Below, piece after piece: positions 24,801 to 37,654 of a DNA stretch of 64,000 bases (positions within the stretch are counted from its first letter, which is position 1; each line of letters opens with the position of its first letter). Origin of the DNA: Nemertoderma westbladi (taxonomy: Eukaryota > Animalia > Xenacoelomorpha); contig JAUCBJ010007776.1 in the NCBI GenBank assembly GCA_032718475.1, forward strand, positions 1-64,000, written 5' to 3'. The notes beneath the pieces are model-generated. The model worked only from the letters and a program-made list of their open reading frames with translations, made no database searches and was not told where the DNA came from. The position numbers and the translations under genes are program-made.

Positions 24801-27665
24801 CACACTATGTTAGGTCTCAATAAACCACCCACACCCGTGAGATACATAACAGCAGCACACTATGTTAGGTCTCAATAAACCACCCACACCCGTGAGATAC
24901 ATAACAGCAGCACACTATGTTAGGTCTCAATAAACCACCCACACCCGTGAGATACATAACAGCAGCACACTATGTTAGGTCTCAATAAACCACCCACACC
25001 CGGGAGATACATAACAGCAGCACACTATGTTAGGTCTCAATAAACCACCCACACCCGGGAGATACATAACAGTAGCACACTATGTTAGGTCTCAATAAAC
25101 CACCCACACCCGTGAGATACATAACAGCAGCACACTATGTTAGGTCTCAATAAACCACCCACACCCGGGAGATACATAACAGCAGCACACTATGTTAGGT
25201 CTCAATAAACCACCCACACCCGGGAGATACATAACAGCAGCACACTATGTTAGGTCTCAATAAACCACCCACACCCGTGAGATACATAACAGCAGCACAC
25301 TATGTTAGGTCTCAATAAACCACCCACACCCGGGAGATACATAACAGCAGCACACTATGTTAGGTCTCAATAAACCACCCACACCCGTGAGATACATAAC
25401 AGCAGCACACTATGTTAGGTCTCAATAAACCACCCACACTCGTGAGATACATAACAGCAGCACACTATGTTAGGTCTCAATAAACCACCCACACCCGGGA
25501 GATACATAACAGCAGCACACTATGTTAGGTCTCAATAAACCACCCACACCCGTGAGATACATAACAGCAGCACACTATGTTAGGTATCAATAAACCACCC
25601 ACACCCTCAATAAACCACCCACACCCGTGAGATACATAACAGCAGCACACTATGTTAGGTCTCAATAAACCACCCACACAGGTGAGATACATAACAGTAG
25701 CACACTATGTTAGGTCTTAATAAACCACCCACACAGGTGAGATACATAACAGTAGCACACTATGTTAGGTCTCAATAAACCACCCACACCCGTGAGATAC
25801 ATAACAGCAGCACACTATGTTAGGTCTCAATAAACCACCCACACCCGTGAGATACATAACAGCAGCACACTATGTTAGGTCTCAATAAACCACCCACACC
25901 CGTGAGATACATAACAGCAGCACACTATGTTAGGTCTCAATAAACCACCCACACCCGTGAGATACATAACAGCAGCACACTATGTTAGGTCTCAATAAAC
26001 CACCCACACCCGTGAGATACATAACAGCAGCACACTATGTTAGGTATCAATAAACCACCCACACCCTCAATAAACCACCCACACCCGTGAGATACATAAC
26101 AGCAGCACACTATGTTAGGTATCAATAAACCACCCACACCCTCAATAAACCACCCACACCCGTGAGATACATAACAGCAGCACACTATGTTAGGTCTCAA
26201 TAAACCACCCACACAGGTGAGATACATAACAGCAGCACACTATGTTAGGTCTCAATAAACCACCCACACCCGTGAGATACATAACAGCAGCACACTATGT
26301 TAGGTCTCAATAAACCACCCACACAGGTGAGATACATAACAGTAGCACACTATGTTAGGTCTCAATAAACCACCCACACAGGTGAGATACATAACAGTAG
26401 CACACTATGTTAGGTCTCAATAAACCACCCACACCCGTGAGATACATAACAGCAGCACACTATGTTAGGTCTCAATAAACCACCCACACCCGTGAGATAC
26501 ATAACAGCAGCACACTATATTAGGTCTCAATAAACCACCCACACCCGTGAGATACATAACAGCAGCACACTATGTTAGGTCTCAATAAACCACCCACACC
26601 CGTGAGATACATAACAGCAGCACACTATGTTAGGTCTCAATAAACCACCCACACCCGGGAGATACATAACAGCAGCACACTATGTTAGGTCTCAATAAAC
26701 CACCCACACCCGTGAGATACATAACAGCAGCACACTATGTTAGGTCTCAATAAACCACCCACACCCGTGAGATACATAACAGCAGCACACTATGTTAGGT
26801 CTCAATAAACCACCCACACCCGTGAGATACATAACAGCAGCACACTATGTTAGGTCTCAATAAACCACCCACACCCGTGAGATACATAACAGCAGCACAC
26901 TATGTTAGGTCTCAATAAACCACCCACACCCGTGAGATACATAACAGCAGCACACTATGTTAGGTCTCAATAAACCACCCACACCCGTGAGATACATAAC
27001 AGCAGCACACTATGTTAGGTCTCAATAAACCACCCACACCCGTGAGATACATAACAGCAGCACACTATGTTAGGTCTCAATAAACCACCCACACCCGTGA
27101 GATACATAACAGCAGCACACTATGTTAGGTCTCAATAAACCACCCACACCCGTGAGATACATAACAGCAGCACACTATGTTAGGTCTCAATAAACCACCC
27201 ACACCCGTGAGATACATAACAGCAGCACACTATGTTAGGTCTCAATAAACCACCCACACCCGTGAGATACATAACAGCAGCACACTATGTTAGGTCTCAA
27301 TAAACCACCCACACCCGTGAGATACATAACAGCAGCACACTATGTTAGGTCTCAATAAACCACCCACACCCGTGAGATACATAACAGCAGCACACTATGT
27401 TAGGTCTCAATAAACCACCCGCACCCGTGAGATACATAACAGCAGCACACTATGTTAGGTCTCAATAAAACACCCACACCCGTGATATACATAACAGCAG
27501 CACACTATGTTAGGTCTCAATAAACCACCCACACCCTTGAGATACATAACAGCAGCACACTATGTTAGGTCTCAATAAACCACCCGCACCCGTGAGATAC
27601 ATAACAGCAGCACACTATGTTAGGTCTCAATAAAACACCCACACCCGTGATATACATACATAACA
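12874..27665. repeat. 55-bp satellite array, about 268 copies (ctcaataaaccacccacacMSGtgagatacataacagYagcacactatgttaggt)
   Basis: Strict 55-bp period with two main dimorphic sites and no unique spacers. Confidence 0.98.
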
Positions 27666-27666
27666 A

Positions 27667-28843
27667 CACTGTAGGGGCGGTGCGTTTTTTACTTTTTTCG
27701 ATTTCATTTTTCTACCGGTGCGCAAAATTTGCCAAATGGTAAAAAATTAAGGCTCAAAAAATTTCTCTAAATTTCATCGATATCTTGACAGATCCCAAGG
27801 GGGTTGAAATATTATGCCTTTGCGATGCACCACAATGAAATTTATAACAATATTACACATTAATGAAAGATCAATGACTCAAGAAATATCTTCCTGCATG
27901 CATCAAATGGGTCCAAAATTAGTTTGATACCAAAAGTGTAATTTTTGGATCAAGGGAACTAGTGCCACAGGCACATGCCCAGAACCTACCATTTGGCGCA
28001 AGTGTTCTCAATTGAATTCTCAATTTTCGCGATGGCCAACTTTTAGTTCTCCTACAGCTTTAATATTATCCTAAATAAAAATCAATACAATAAATAAAAC
28101 AATGTGTTCACTAAAAATTATACTTTGAATTATCTCAAGGAATCAAGAATATACACATCATAGAAATGATCAATGTAGTGGGTGTAGACACCTTCAAAAT
28201 AAGAGTAGAGTCATTAGTTCTTGAGTTATTTTACAAAATGTCAAGACTATATCCACCAATTAATACTTGATATTGAGTTGACCTATTCCACACATTTTGT
28301 ACAAAAACTATAGTGAATTAATCACTACTCTTTAATTTTGAAGGTCTCTGTATACACTAAATCAATTTGTTGCAGTGATGTGTTTATTTTAGATGCCTTT
28401 AGATAATATTTTTTAATAATAGGTAATAATGAGTAACGTTTTTATGTATTTGTCTATAAATCATCAAGGCACTCATGTTGACTTGTGACATACATAATAT
28501 GTTCTGTAATATCTCAAGAACTATTCGCTCTGCTGTTTTTTATGGTGTCTACCACCACTAAATCGGTCATTGCGGTTCTAATGAGCATAATATTAATGCA
28601 GTATGAAAACTAAAAGTTGTCCATTGCCAAAATTAAGAATAATCGTTACTTGCGCCAAACAGTAAGGTTCTGGCCATGTGCCTGTGGCACTACTTCCCTT
28701 GGTCCCAAAATCAAAATTTTGGTATCTAACTAAGTTTGGACCCATTTGATGCATGCAGGAAGTTATTTATTGAGTGATTTATCTCTCATCATTGTGTTAT
28801 ATTGTTATAAATTTCATTATGGTGCATCGCGATGGCTCAAAAT
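27667..28843. mobile_element. Non-autonomous DNA element with a ~1 kb imperfect internal foldback
   Basis: About 27810-28070 is an imperfect reverse complement of about 28590-28843 (e.g. cttcctgcatgcatcaaatgggtccaaa / tttggacccatttgatgcatgcaggaag). Starts CACTGTAGGGG (Transib-like); the matching right terminus was not found. Confidence 0.65.
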
Positions 28844-28882
28844 TAAACCAACCACACCCGAGAGATATTCAACCCTATGCTA

Positions 28883-31800
28883 CTACTACTACTACTAGGT
28901 CGAGCGAACTCGAACAGTGGAAATGAGATCCTTCCAGGCTTCCCGATTCTCCAACTACTACTAGGTCGAGCGAACTCGAACAGTGGAAATGAGATCCTTC
29001 CAGGCTTCCCGATTCTCCATAGTTGTCGCAATTTCGTTTCTCCCAAGTTCAGTATCCCTTTCAAGTTGATCTATATATGTTATGGCAGGTCGTCCACGAC
29101 TACGCTTTCCATGAGTTGGTTGCCAGAGAAGTAGATCTGGTATGACCTCGTCTTTACTTCGCCAACAGTGCCCACTGAATCTTAATCTGCGTTCACGGAG
29201 GGTGGTTGATACAGGTGGTATTGTACCATAAAGCTCGGCGTTTGTCATGTGTTGTCTCCAGCTGATGTTTAGGGCTGCCCTTAGTAGTCTTGTGTAGCAA
29301 CCATCAATTCGTTGTTCAAGTGATTTAGTCAGTGTCCAGGTCTCACCCCCGTATAAAAATACACTTTCCACTGTGGCTCGAAAGAACTTGGTCTTCAGGT
29401 GCCTGGAGAGATCTGATTTCCAGATGGTATCCATTTTTGATAGAGCTAACCAAGCCTTTGCTTTCCTAACTTCTATGTCCTTTTTGCTACTCTCTATCCA
29501 TGATCCAAGGTAGTGGAAGTCATCGACCTGCCTTAGTTGATTATTATCAATGGTTGTCAAGTTTCCATCAACATTAAAGGTCATGAATTCGGTCTTGGTA
29601 GCATTTATATGCAATCCAACCTCCTTAGCAGCCCTCTCCACTTTATTTAGTAGAAGCTGTGCATCTGCTAGCGTATTAGAGAGCAGGGCGATGTCATCCG
29701 CAAAGTCGGTGTCTGTGACTGTAGTTGCCGGATATCTACTACTTCTGCGTTCTTGAAGTGTGAATCCCAGATCTTCACCCTTTGTGGCCGTCCTCATTGC
29801 GTAATTCAGCACAATTACAAATAGTAATGGTGCTAATGTGTCACCTTGCAGTACGCCAGCCAGGATTGAGAAAAACTCAGTTTCACCATCTGGTGAGAGT
29901 ACAGCGCTTCTGTGTCACAATATAGCAATCCAATGCCAGCAACAATTACTTCTGGTATTCCATAAGCTTTTAGGATTTCAAGCATTTTACCTCTATGGAT
30001 GGAGTCGAATGCCTTCTTGAAGTCCACAAAAGTCATGACTGCGGGGAGATTCTTTGACTTAATTCCTTCAATCAGTCTCCGTAGTGCAAGTATCTGAGCT
30101 ATTGTTGATCTACTTGGTCGAAATCCGTTTTGGCTCTTACGCAGTAGTTTCTCTATGTGAGGCCTAATCCTATATAGAATCATTTTATTGTATATTTTGG
30201 CAGCTACCACAAGCAGACAGATCCCACGATGGTTTGTTGGTATACCGAGGTCTCCTTTCTCGGGGAGAGGCTTTAGTTGACCTTTAGTCCAAATTGGTGG
30301 TGGCTTTTACCCTTTTAACATCCGATTGCAAACATTCAATAATGGTCTATTTAGCACTCCGGGTTTCCATACCTCCGCAGGGATTTCATCTAATCCACTC
30401 GCTTTATTATTGGACATGCTTTTAATGCTTCTTTGGAGTTCGGCAGGTGTGAAGTCCCCTGTTTCTATAGGTAGTGTCTTGTCATATATTTTCCTTGTAG
30501 GGCTGACCTCGATGTTTGGTGGCTGCCCAAGCAAGTTGCTGAAGTGATTTTTCCACTTCCCAACACGTTCTTCAGGACTATCGGCTTTGATGCGCCCCTT
30601 TGCACAACTTTTCCGACCAGATACCTCATTTACAGTTTGCCAGGTAAGTCTTGATTGTTGCTGTATGTGAGCAGTTGTAATTGCTTCAGTTTTATCCTGT
30701 ATATACTTTTCCTGGCTGATGTTCTAGGCCAATTTAAGATCGTCCTTAGCTTTCTCAACCTTGTTAATGTTTTCGGTTGTTGGTTGTTCGGTTTTAACTT
30801 TGTAGGCTATCTTAAGATCTTCTCTCTTACAAGTAACCTCAGAGTTTTGCCATGGCACATACTGTTTTCGTTTAGGTTTCTGGGGGATATGCCTCTTAGC
30901 TGATTCCTTGTGGGCTGTTATTATATTCTGGTATATTGAATCGGTGGATTGGTCTTCATCCATTGACTGAAGTGCTTCAAAGCGGTTTTGAACTTCTACT
31001 GTATAAGCATCCTTTACAGCATTGTCAGTTCTGAGTTTCTCCCAGTCATAGTTGATTTGCTTGCTTGTCCTGGGTTTCTCCCAGTCATAGTTGATTTGCT
31101 TGCTTGTCCTGGGTTTGCTGGCTCTCAAACTGAGTCTGATCTCTGCAGTCACAATTCTGTGGTCCGAACCAATTAGGTTGAACGAGCTGTATGCCTCGCA
31201 GTTGATCATGCTATTTCTCCACTTTTTGTTTATAAGGATGTAATCCAGTTGTGCTTTGGTTCCATTAGGGTATTGAAAGGTCCATAGCTTCCCCTTACTC
31301 TTTTCGAATGTGTTGTTTGTTGGTATCAATTCACATTCTTCCATTAGGTCTAAGAGTAAGTACCCATTTATGTTAGAACTGGTGTTATAGGTGTAACCCT
31401 TGATGTCTTCTGGGCCAATTTGCGCATTCAGGTCACCAGCAATGACTTTAACATTGTGTTTCGGGATGTCCTTAATAAGTCCAGTCAGTTCTTCATAAAA
31501 CTTGACTGCTTGTTCTGGCTCTGATGCATTGGTTGGACTGTAGCAACATATAACTGTTGTCTTGGGATTCCCATCAAATGTTGCGATCATAACCCTGGAA
31601 TTTATAGATTCGATGTTGTTTAGGGTCTTAAGTGCAAATGGGCTTAGCAGAATTCCTACTCCACCAATTGATGCATTGGCCGAGTTTCTTACTGCTGAGC
31701 TTGTTACTAACGTCCATCCATTTCCAATGTCATTGTACTTCATGGCAGTGTCTTCATGACAAATCCGATGTTCTTGGATGCAGATGATGTCGATGTTATA

Positions 31801-32477
31801 TTCCATTGCCAGAGCGACCATGTCACCCTGTTTGCTCTGTGCTTTCAGCGTGCGTGCGTTCATTGTAGCAATCTTTAGTGTCTTTTTACATTTCAACAGG
31901 TTGGTTCTTCTTTCTTCTCTGTCTTCTGTTCCAGTAGCCAATTTATCGACCCCAGCCTCGTGTACCACTGAGGGACGCGGTCCTTGTTGACCCGGGCGAC
32001 GACCGAGCCGGTATTTCTCCTGGAGGGTTCTCATACTCATCTTTCAGTTGCGGGTGTAAACCGCTTGTGGTCGCAACTCCTACAAGCGTCTTCGCAGTAG
32101 GTCGCCGTTGGTTGATTACCTTCCGCCGACCTTGTCAGCCGACTGTAGGGGTCCATTTGTTACACCCTGAACCAAGTGTGCCTCCTGGGTTAGGTTACCT
32201 AACACTGGTAGAGGAGCATCCAGTATAGACAGGGCGGGGCTTGTATCATCTCTAATGCAGATGCGTATCAAGCCTTTGCCTTCAATGGTGCCCTAGGCGC
32301 TATAGCCCTCAATGACTTATTTAGTTGACGGGGCTGAACCAACCCACTCTTGATCAACTAAATAATGAATAGACTATGCTTATCGGGCCTGCCCTACTGG
32401 GCTGACAGCTACAGGTAGTACCACATTACTGCCATAGTGGTAGCAGGATCTGGGGACCTGACCTGACCGCATAACCT
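28883..32477 (-). mobile_element. Near full-length RTE-clade non-LTR retrotransposon (APE + RT single ORF, broken by frameshifts)
   Basis: APE motifs (ATMNARTL, CIQEHR, YSPT, GDLNA, QLDYIL, SDH) in 30724-32040. RT motifs (QNGFR, FVDFKKAFDSI, FADDI, YLGS) in 28961-30534. (TAG)n tail; 12-bp TSD aaccctatgcta at 28871-28882 and 32478-32489. Confidence 0.95.
28961..32040 (-). pseudogene. RTE endonuclease/reverse transcriptase ORF, split into at least four pieces
   Basis: ORF pieces 30724-32040, 30307-30534, 29833-30210 and 28961-29812; in-frame 39-nt duplication (KPRTSKQINYDWE twice). Confidence 0.9.
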
Positions 32478-32489
32478 AACCCTATGCTA

Positions 32490-35113
32490 GGTCTCAATAA
32501 ACCAACCACACCCGTGAGATATTCAACCCTATGCTAGGTCTCAATAAACCAACCACACCCGTTAGGTCTCAATAAACCAACCACACCCGCTAGGTTTCAA
32601 TAAACCAACCACACCCGCTAGGTCTCAATAAACCAACCACACCCGCTAGGTCTCAATAAACCAACCACACCCGCTAGGTCTCAATAAACCAACCACACCC
32701 GCTAGGTCTCAATAAACCAACCACACCCGCTAGGTCTCAATAAACCAACCACACCCGTTAGGTCTCAATAAACCAACCACACCCGCTAGGTCTCAATAAA
32801 CCAACCACACCCGCTAGGTCTCAATAAACCAACCACACCCGTTAGGTCTCAATAAACCAACCACACCCGCTAGGTCTCAATAAACCAACCACACCCGCTA
32901 GGTCTCAATAAACCAACCACACCCGTTAGGTCTCAATAAACCAACCACACCCGCTAGGTCTCAATAAACCAACCACACCCGCTAGGTCTCAATAAACCAA
33001 CCACACCCGCTAGGTCTCAATAAACCAACCACACCCGCTAGGTCTCAATAAACCAACCACACCCGCTAGGTCTCAATAAACCAACCACACCCGTTAGGTC
33101 TCAATAAACCAACCACACCCGCTAGGTCTCAATAAACCAACCACACCCGCTAGGTCTCAATAAACCAACCACACCCGCTAGGTCTCAATAAACCAACCAC
33201 ACCCGCTAGGTCTCAATAAACCAACCACACCCGCTAGGTCTCAATAAACCAACCACACCCGCTAGGTCTCAATAAACCAACCACACCCGCTAGGTCTCAA
33301 TAAACCAACCACACCCGTTAGGTCTCAATAAACCAACCACACCCGCTAGGTCTCAATAAACCAACCACACCCGCTAGGTCTCAATAAACCAACCACACCC
33401 GCTAGGTCTCAATAAACCAACCACACCCGCTAGGTCTCAATAAACCAACCACACCCGCTAGGTCTCAATAAACCAACCACACCCGCTAGGTCTCAATAAA
33501 CCAACCACACCCGCTAGGTCTCAATAAACCAACCACACCCGTTAGGTCTCAATAAACCAACCACACCCGCTAGGTCTCAATAAACCAACCACACCCGCTA
33601 GGTCTCAATAAACCAACCACACCCGCTAGGTCTCAATAAACCAACCACACCCGCTAGGTCTCAATAAACCAACCACACCCGCTAGGTCTCAATAAACCAA
33701 CCACACCCGCTAGGTCTCAATAAACCAACCACACCCGCTAGGTCTCAATAAACCAACCACACCCGCTAGGTCTCAATAAACCAACCACACCCGCTAGGTC
33801 TCAATAAACCAACCACACCCGCTAGGTCTCAATAAACCAACCACACCCGCTAGGTCTCAATAAACCAACCACACCCGCTAGGTCTCAATAAACCAACCAC
33901 ACGCGTTAGGTCTCAATAAACCAACCACACCCGCTAGGTCTCAATAAACCAACCACACCCGCTAGGTCTCAATAAACCAACCACACCCGTTAGGTCTCAA
34001 TAAACCAACCACACCCGCTAGGTCTCAATAAACCAACCACACCCGCTAGGTCTCAATAAACCAACCACACCCGTTAGGTCTCAATAAACCAACCACACCC
34101 GCTAGGTCTCAATAAACCAACCACACCCGCTAGGTCTCAATAAACCAACCACACCCGCTAGGTCTCAATAAACCAACCACACCCGCTAGGTCTCAATAAA
34201 CCAACCACACCCGCTAGGTCTCAATAAACCAACCACACCCGTTAGGTCTCAATAAACCAACCACACCCGCTAGGTCTCAATAAACCAACCACACCCGCTA
34301 GGTCTCAATAAACCAACCACACCCGCTAGGTCTCAATAAACCAACCACACCCGCTAGGTCTCAATAAACCAACCACACCCGCTAGGTCTCAATAAACCAA
34401 CCACACCCGCTAGGTCTCAATAAACCAACCACACCCGCTAGGTCTCAATAAACCAACCACACCCGTTAGGTCTCAATAAACCAACCACACCCGCTAGGTC
34501 TCAATAAACCAACCACACCCGCTAGGTCTCAATAAACCAACCACACCCGCTAGGTCTCAATAAACCAACCACACCCGCTAGGTCTCAATAAACCAACCAC
34601 ACCCGCTAGGTCTCAATAAACCAACCACACCCGCTAGGTCTCAATAAACCAACCACACCCGCTAGGTCTCAATAAACCAACCACACCCGTTAGGTCTCAA
34701 TAAACCAACCACACCCGCTAGGTCTCAATAAACCAACCACACCCGCTAGGTCTCAATAAACCAACCACACCCGCTAGGTCTCAATAAACCAACCACACCC
34801 GCTAGGTCTCAATAAACCAACCACACCCGCTAGGTCTCAATAAACCAACCACACCCGCTAGGTCTCAATAAACCAACCACACCCGCTAGGTCTCAATAAA
34901 CCAACCACACCCGCTAGGTCTCAATAAACCAACCACACCCGCTAGGTCTCAATAAACCAACCACACCCGCTAGGTCTCAATAAACCAACCACACCCGCTA
35001 GGTCTCAATAAACCAACCACACCCGCTAGGTCTCAATAAACCAACCACACCCGCTAGGTCTCAATAAACCAACCACACCCGCTAGGTCTCAATAAACCAA
35101 CCACACTCGCTAG
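32490..35113. repeat. 28-bp satellite (gctaggtctcaataaaccaaccacaccc), about 91 copies, related to the 55-bp satellite
   Basis: 420 bp = 15 units; shares taggtctcaataaacca.ccacaccc with the 55-mer; gct/gtt dimorphism. Confidence 0.97.
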
Positions 35114-35211
35114 ATGTGAGATATTTTGTTTTACTTACTTATAACTATATTTTAATTTTAATATTCAATATAATATATTATTCAGAATATCCAAATTTTT
35201 CACTGAATTTT

Positions 35212-35596
35212 TCAGATTAACCCCAACTGAAACCCTTTTTCCCTTGCCTAGATTTTAGATTAACCCCAACTGAAACCCTTTTTCCCTTGCGTAGATTTCA
35301 GATTAACCCCAAGTGAAACCCTTTTTCCCTTGCCTAGATTTCAGATTAACCCCAACTGAAACCCTTTTTCCCTTGCGTAGATTTCAGATTAACCCAAACT
35401 GAAACCCTTTTTCCCTTGCCTAGATTTCAGATTAACCCCAAGTGAAACCCTTTTTCCCTTGCCTAGATTTCAGATTAACCCCAACTGAAACCCTTTTTCC
35501 CTTGCCTAGATTTCAGATTGACCCCAACTGAATCCCTTTTTCCCTTGCCTAGATTTCAGATTAACCCCAACTGAAACCCTTTTTCCCTTGCCTAGA
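35212..35596. repeat. 43-bp tandem repeat, about 9 copies
   Basis: Unit cagattaaccccaactgaaaccctttttcccttgcctagattt. Confidence 0.93.
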
Positions 35597-36330
35597 CCTA
35601 CTTAAATAAATAATTAAAAAATTTATTAACTTTTCAGGACAATGATATTGTGTGATTGATATATTTTGTAATAAAATGCTGGTGTTTTTGAATATTTTTT
35701 TCTTTAATTTAAAGTACTTATATACTTCGTGTTTGGACTTGTGCAATAATAATTAACCGCCTGTCACACCTATTTTTAACTCTTAATCAATTTTTCGGGT
35801 TGCAATTTAAATTTAACTCAGCTGGGGGGATTTCTTTCTCGTTTATCGTTAGTTATTATTCTAATTGATTAGTGTTTGATATCGAACTATTATTTGGTTC
35901 CTCGTTAAATTCAGATTATAATACCCCCACCGGCCCTATAATCATTGTATTAGGTACTTCAGTGAGATTTAATTATTTACTGTTACTTTAAACTTTTATA
36001 TTATTAATTAATTGCACCTTTAGTTATAATTAATAGTTTAATGTTATTTTAAGAGTTCAATGTAGCTGGTTATACGTCACGTTGTGTGTTTTATTTTATT
36101 GTTGTTATTAATTAATTAATTAGTTATATATCATAGTAATATCCAATATTATTTAGGCAGACAATATAAAGCTATTCGGTTGGATTGTAGTTGGATTATA
36201 TTTTACTTTGGTTAGAAACTAACGGCGGCATACCATTTCTTTTTACACACAAATTACGTATTTAATTTGTGTTTATTATATATTGTAAAATTATCGAAAT
36301 TTTCGGTGTTGTTTGGGTGATGTAAACAAT

Positions 36331-36476
36331 AGTAACCAATGTTACAGTAACCAATGTTACAGTAACCAATGTTACAGTAACCAATGTTACAGTAACCAAT
36401 GTTACAGTAACCAATGTTACAGTAACCAATGTTACAGTAACCAATGTTACAGTAACCAATGTTACAGTAACCAATG
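36331..36476. repeat. 15-bp minisatellite (agtaaccaatgttac), left part, split by the LTR element
   Basis: Direct reading; the array resumes at 48500. Confidence 0.95.
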
Positions 36477-37654
36477 TGTTCGCGCTTTCAGACCTTTGGC
36501 AGTTTAACCCGCCAAATTAGGATGTCTTCTAGATAATAAATTGCTTTTAGCCTCTGACAAGTATTTGATTCACTACACTAGTCGAAACCAATCTGTGCGC
36601 GATCATTCACCCGCTGGATATACCCGGGAGATTGGGTTCGACGGCTTAATCGTATTGCTATGTAAGCCTACTGTATTATTCGACTGATCGTATTATATAA
36701 TCTCTGACAATATTATTCACCTTCGGGAATATTAACAGTTCCTTTAGGACGTGGCGCTCTATCTATATAAACAGAGTTATGACTTAAACTACTCACAACG
36801 ATATGGCTTAGTTATAATTCACATATATGGCGCATTCTTTAGGAAATGCTTCGTTATCAGTCTCACTCATACACAATGCTGCACAATACTGCACACTAAT
36901 CTGCCGATCTTCACTGATTTTAGTCACATATAAAAGGAACACGGACCGAATCATGTAGGGTCTATCAAATAACATTAGATTCACTTCAAACCACTTTAAC
37001 ATAAGTCACAATCGTTATATGTAACCTTTCTCTCTTACCTTCGGTATATCAAGAATATTGGGTTTCGGGGTTATTTATCGTTATTCCAAATATAATAATT
37101 CATCAACCATATTATGAAGAACTGACAGTAAATAGCAGTATAACAATATAAAAGTATGCACAGGTATGTTTGATTAGGTATGTTGAGTTGCATGAGTTGT
37201 GACAATCAGTCAGTTTTGTTATGATAACGGATATATGTCCTTATAATTAAGCCTACTAGTGTAAGGCAGAGCCGTTCTTCCTGGCTTAGAATCACCAACA
37301 CTGAACACTGATAAGAATAACTATAAGAATACCAGCTACCCTTATTCTACAAGATCTCACTCACCACAGAGAATGAGCATACAGATAGGAAATTCAGTTC
37401 AGTAGATCTGTGATAGGTCAAAATCAAAACCAACTCAAATCCTATTGGCAGATACAGAAAGCAGGGCTATGGGGCAACCTTCCCAAGCTGGTTGGACGAT
37501 CGAACATAGCCCAGATCCCTTCATACAGCAAATCAGCCAATCAGCCGGTAGCTTGCACTATTCGAGCTAGAGATCTCTTTTAGAGTATTCCAGCGCCTTG
37601 GGGGGAACTGGTTAGCAAAGCAAACGAATCAGTTATCCCACAAAAGCTTTTACA
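36477..37654 (-). repeat. 3' LTR (1178 bp)
   Basis: Direct repeat of 47322-48499 at offset 10845. Confidence 0.97.

Noticed and set aside
12874-27665. CRISPR-like appearance of the regular array
   Set aside because: No unique spacers, no cas genes and a eukaryotic context; it is a satellite.
36751-37002. Small ORFs duplicated at 47596-47847
   Set aside because: They are identical only because they lie in the two LTRs; no coding evidence.
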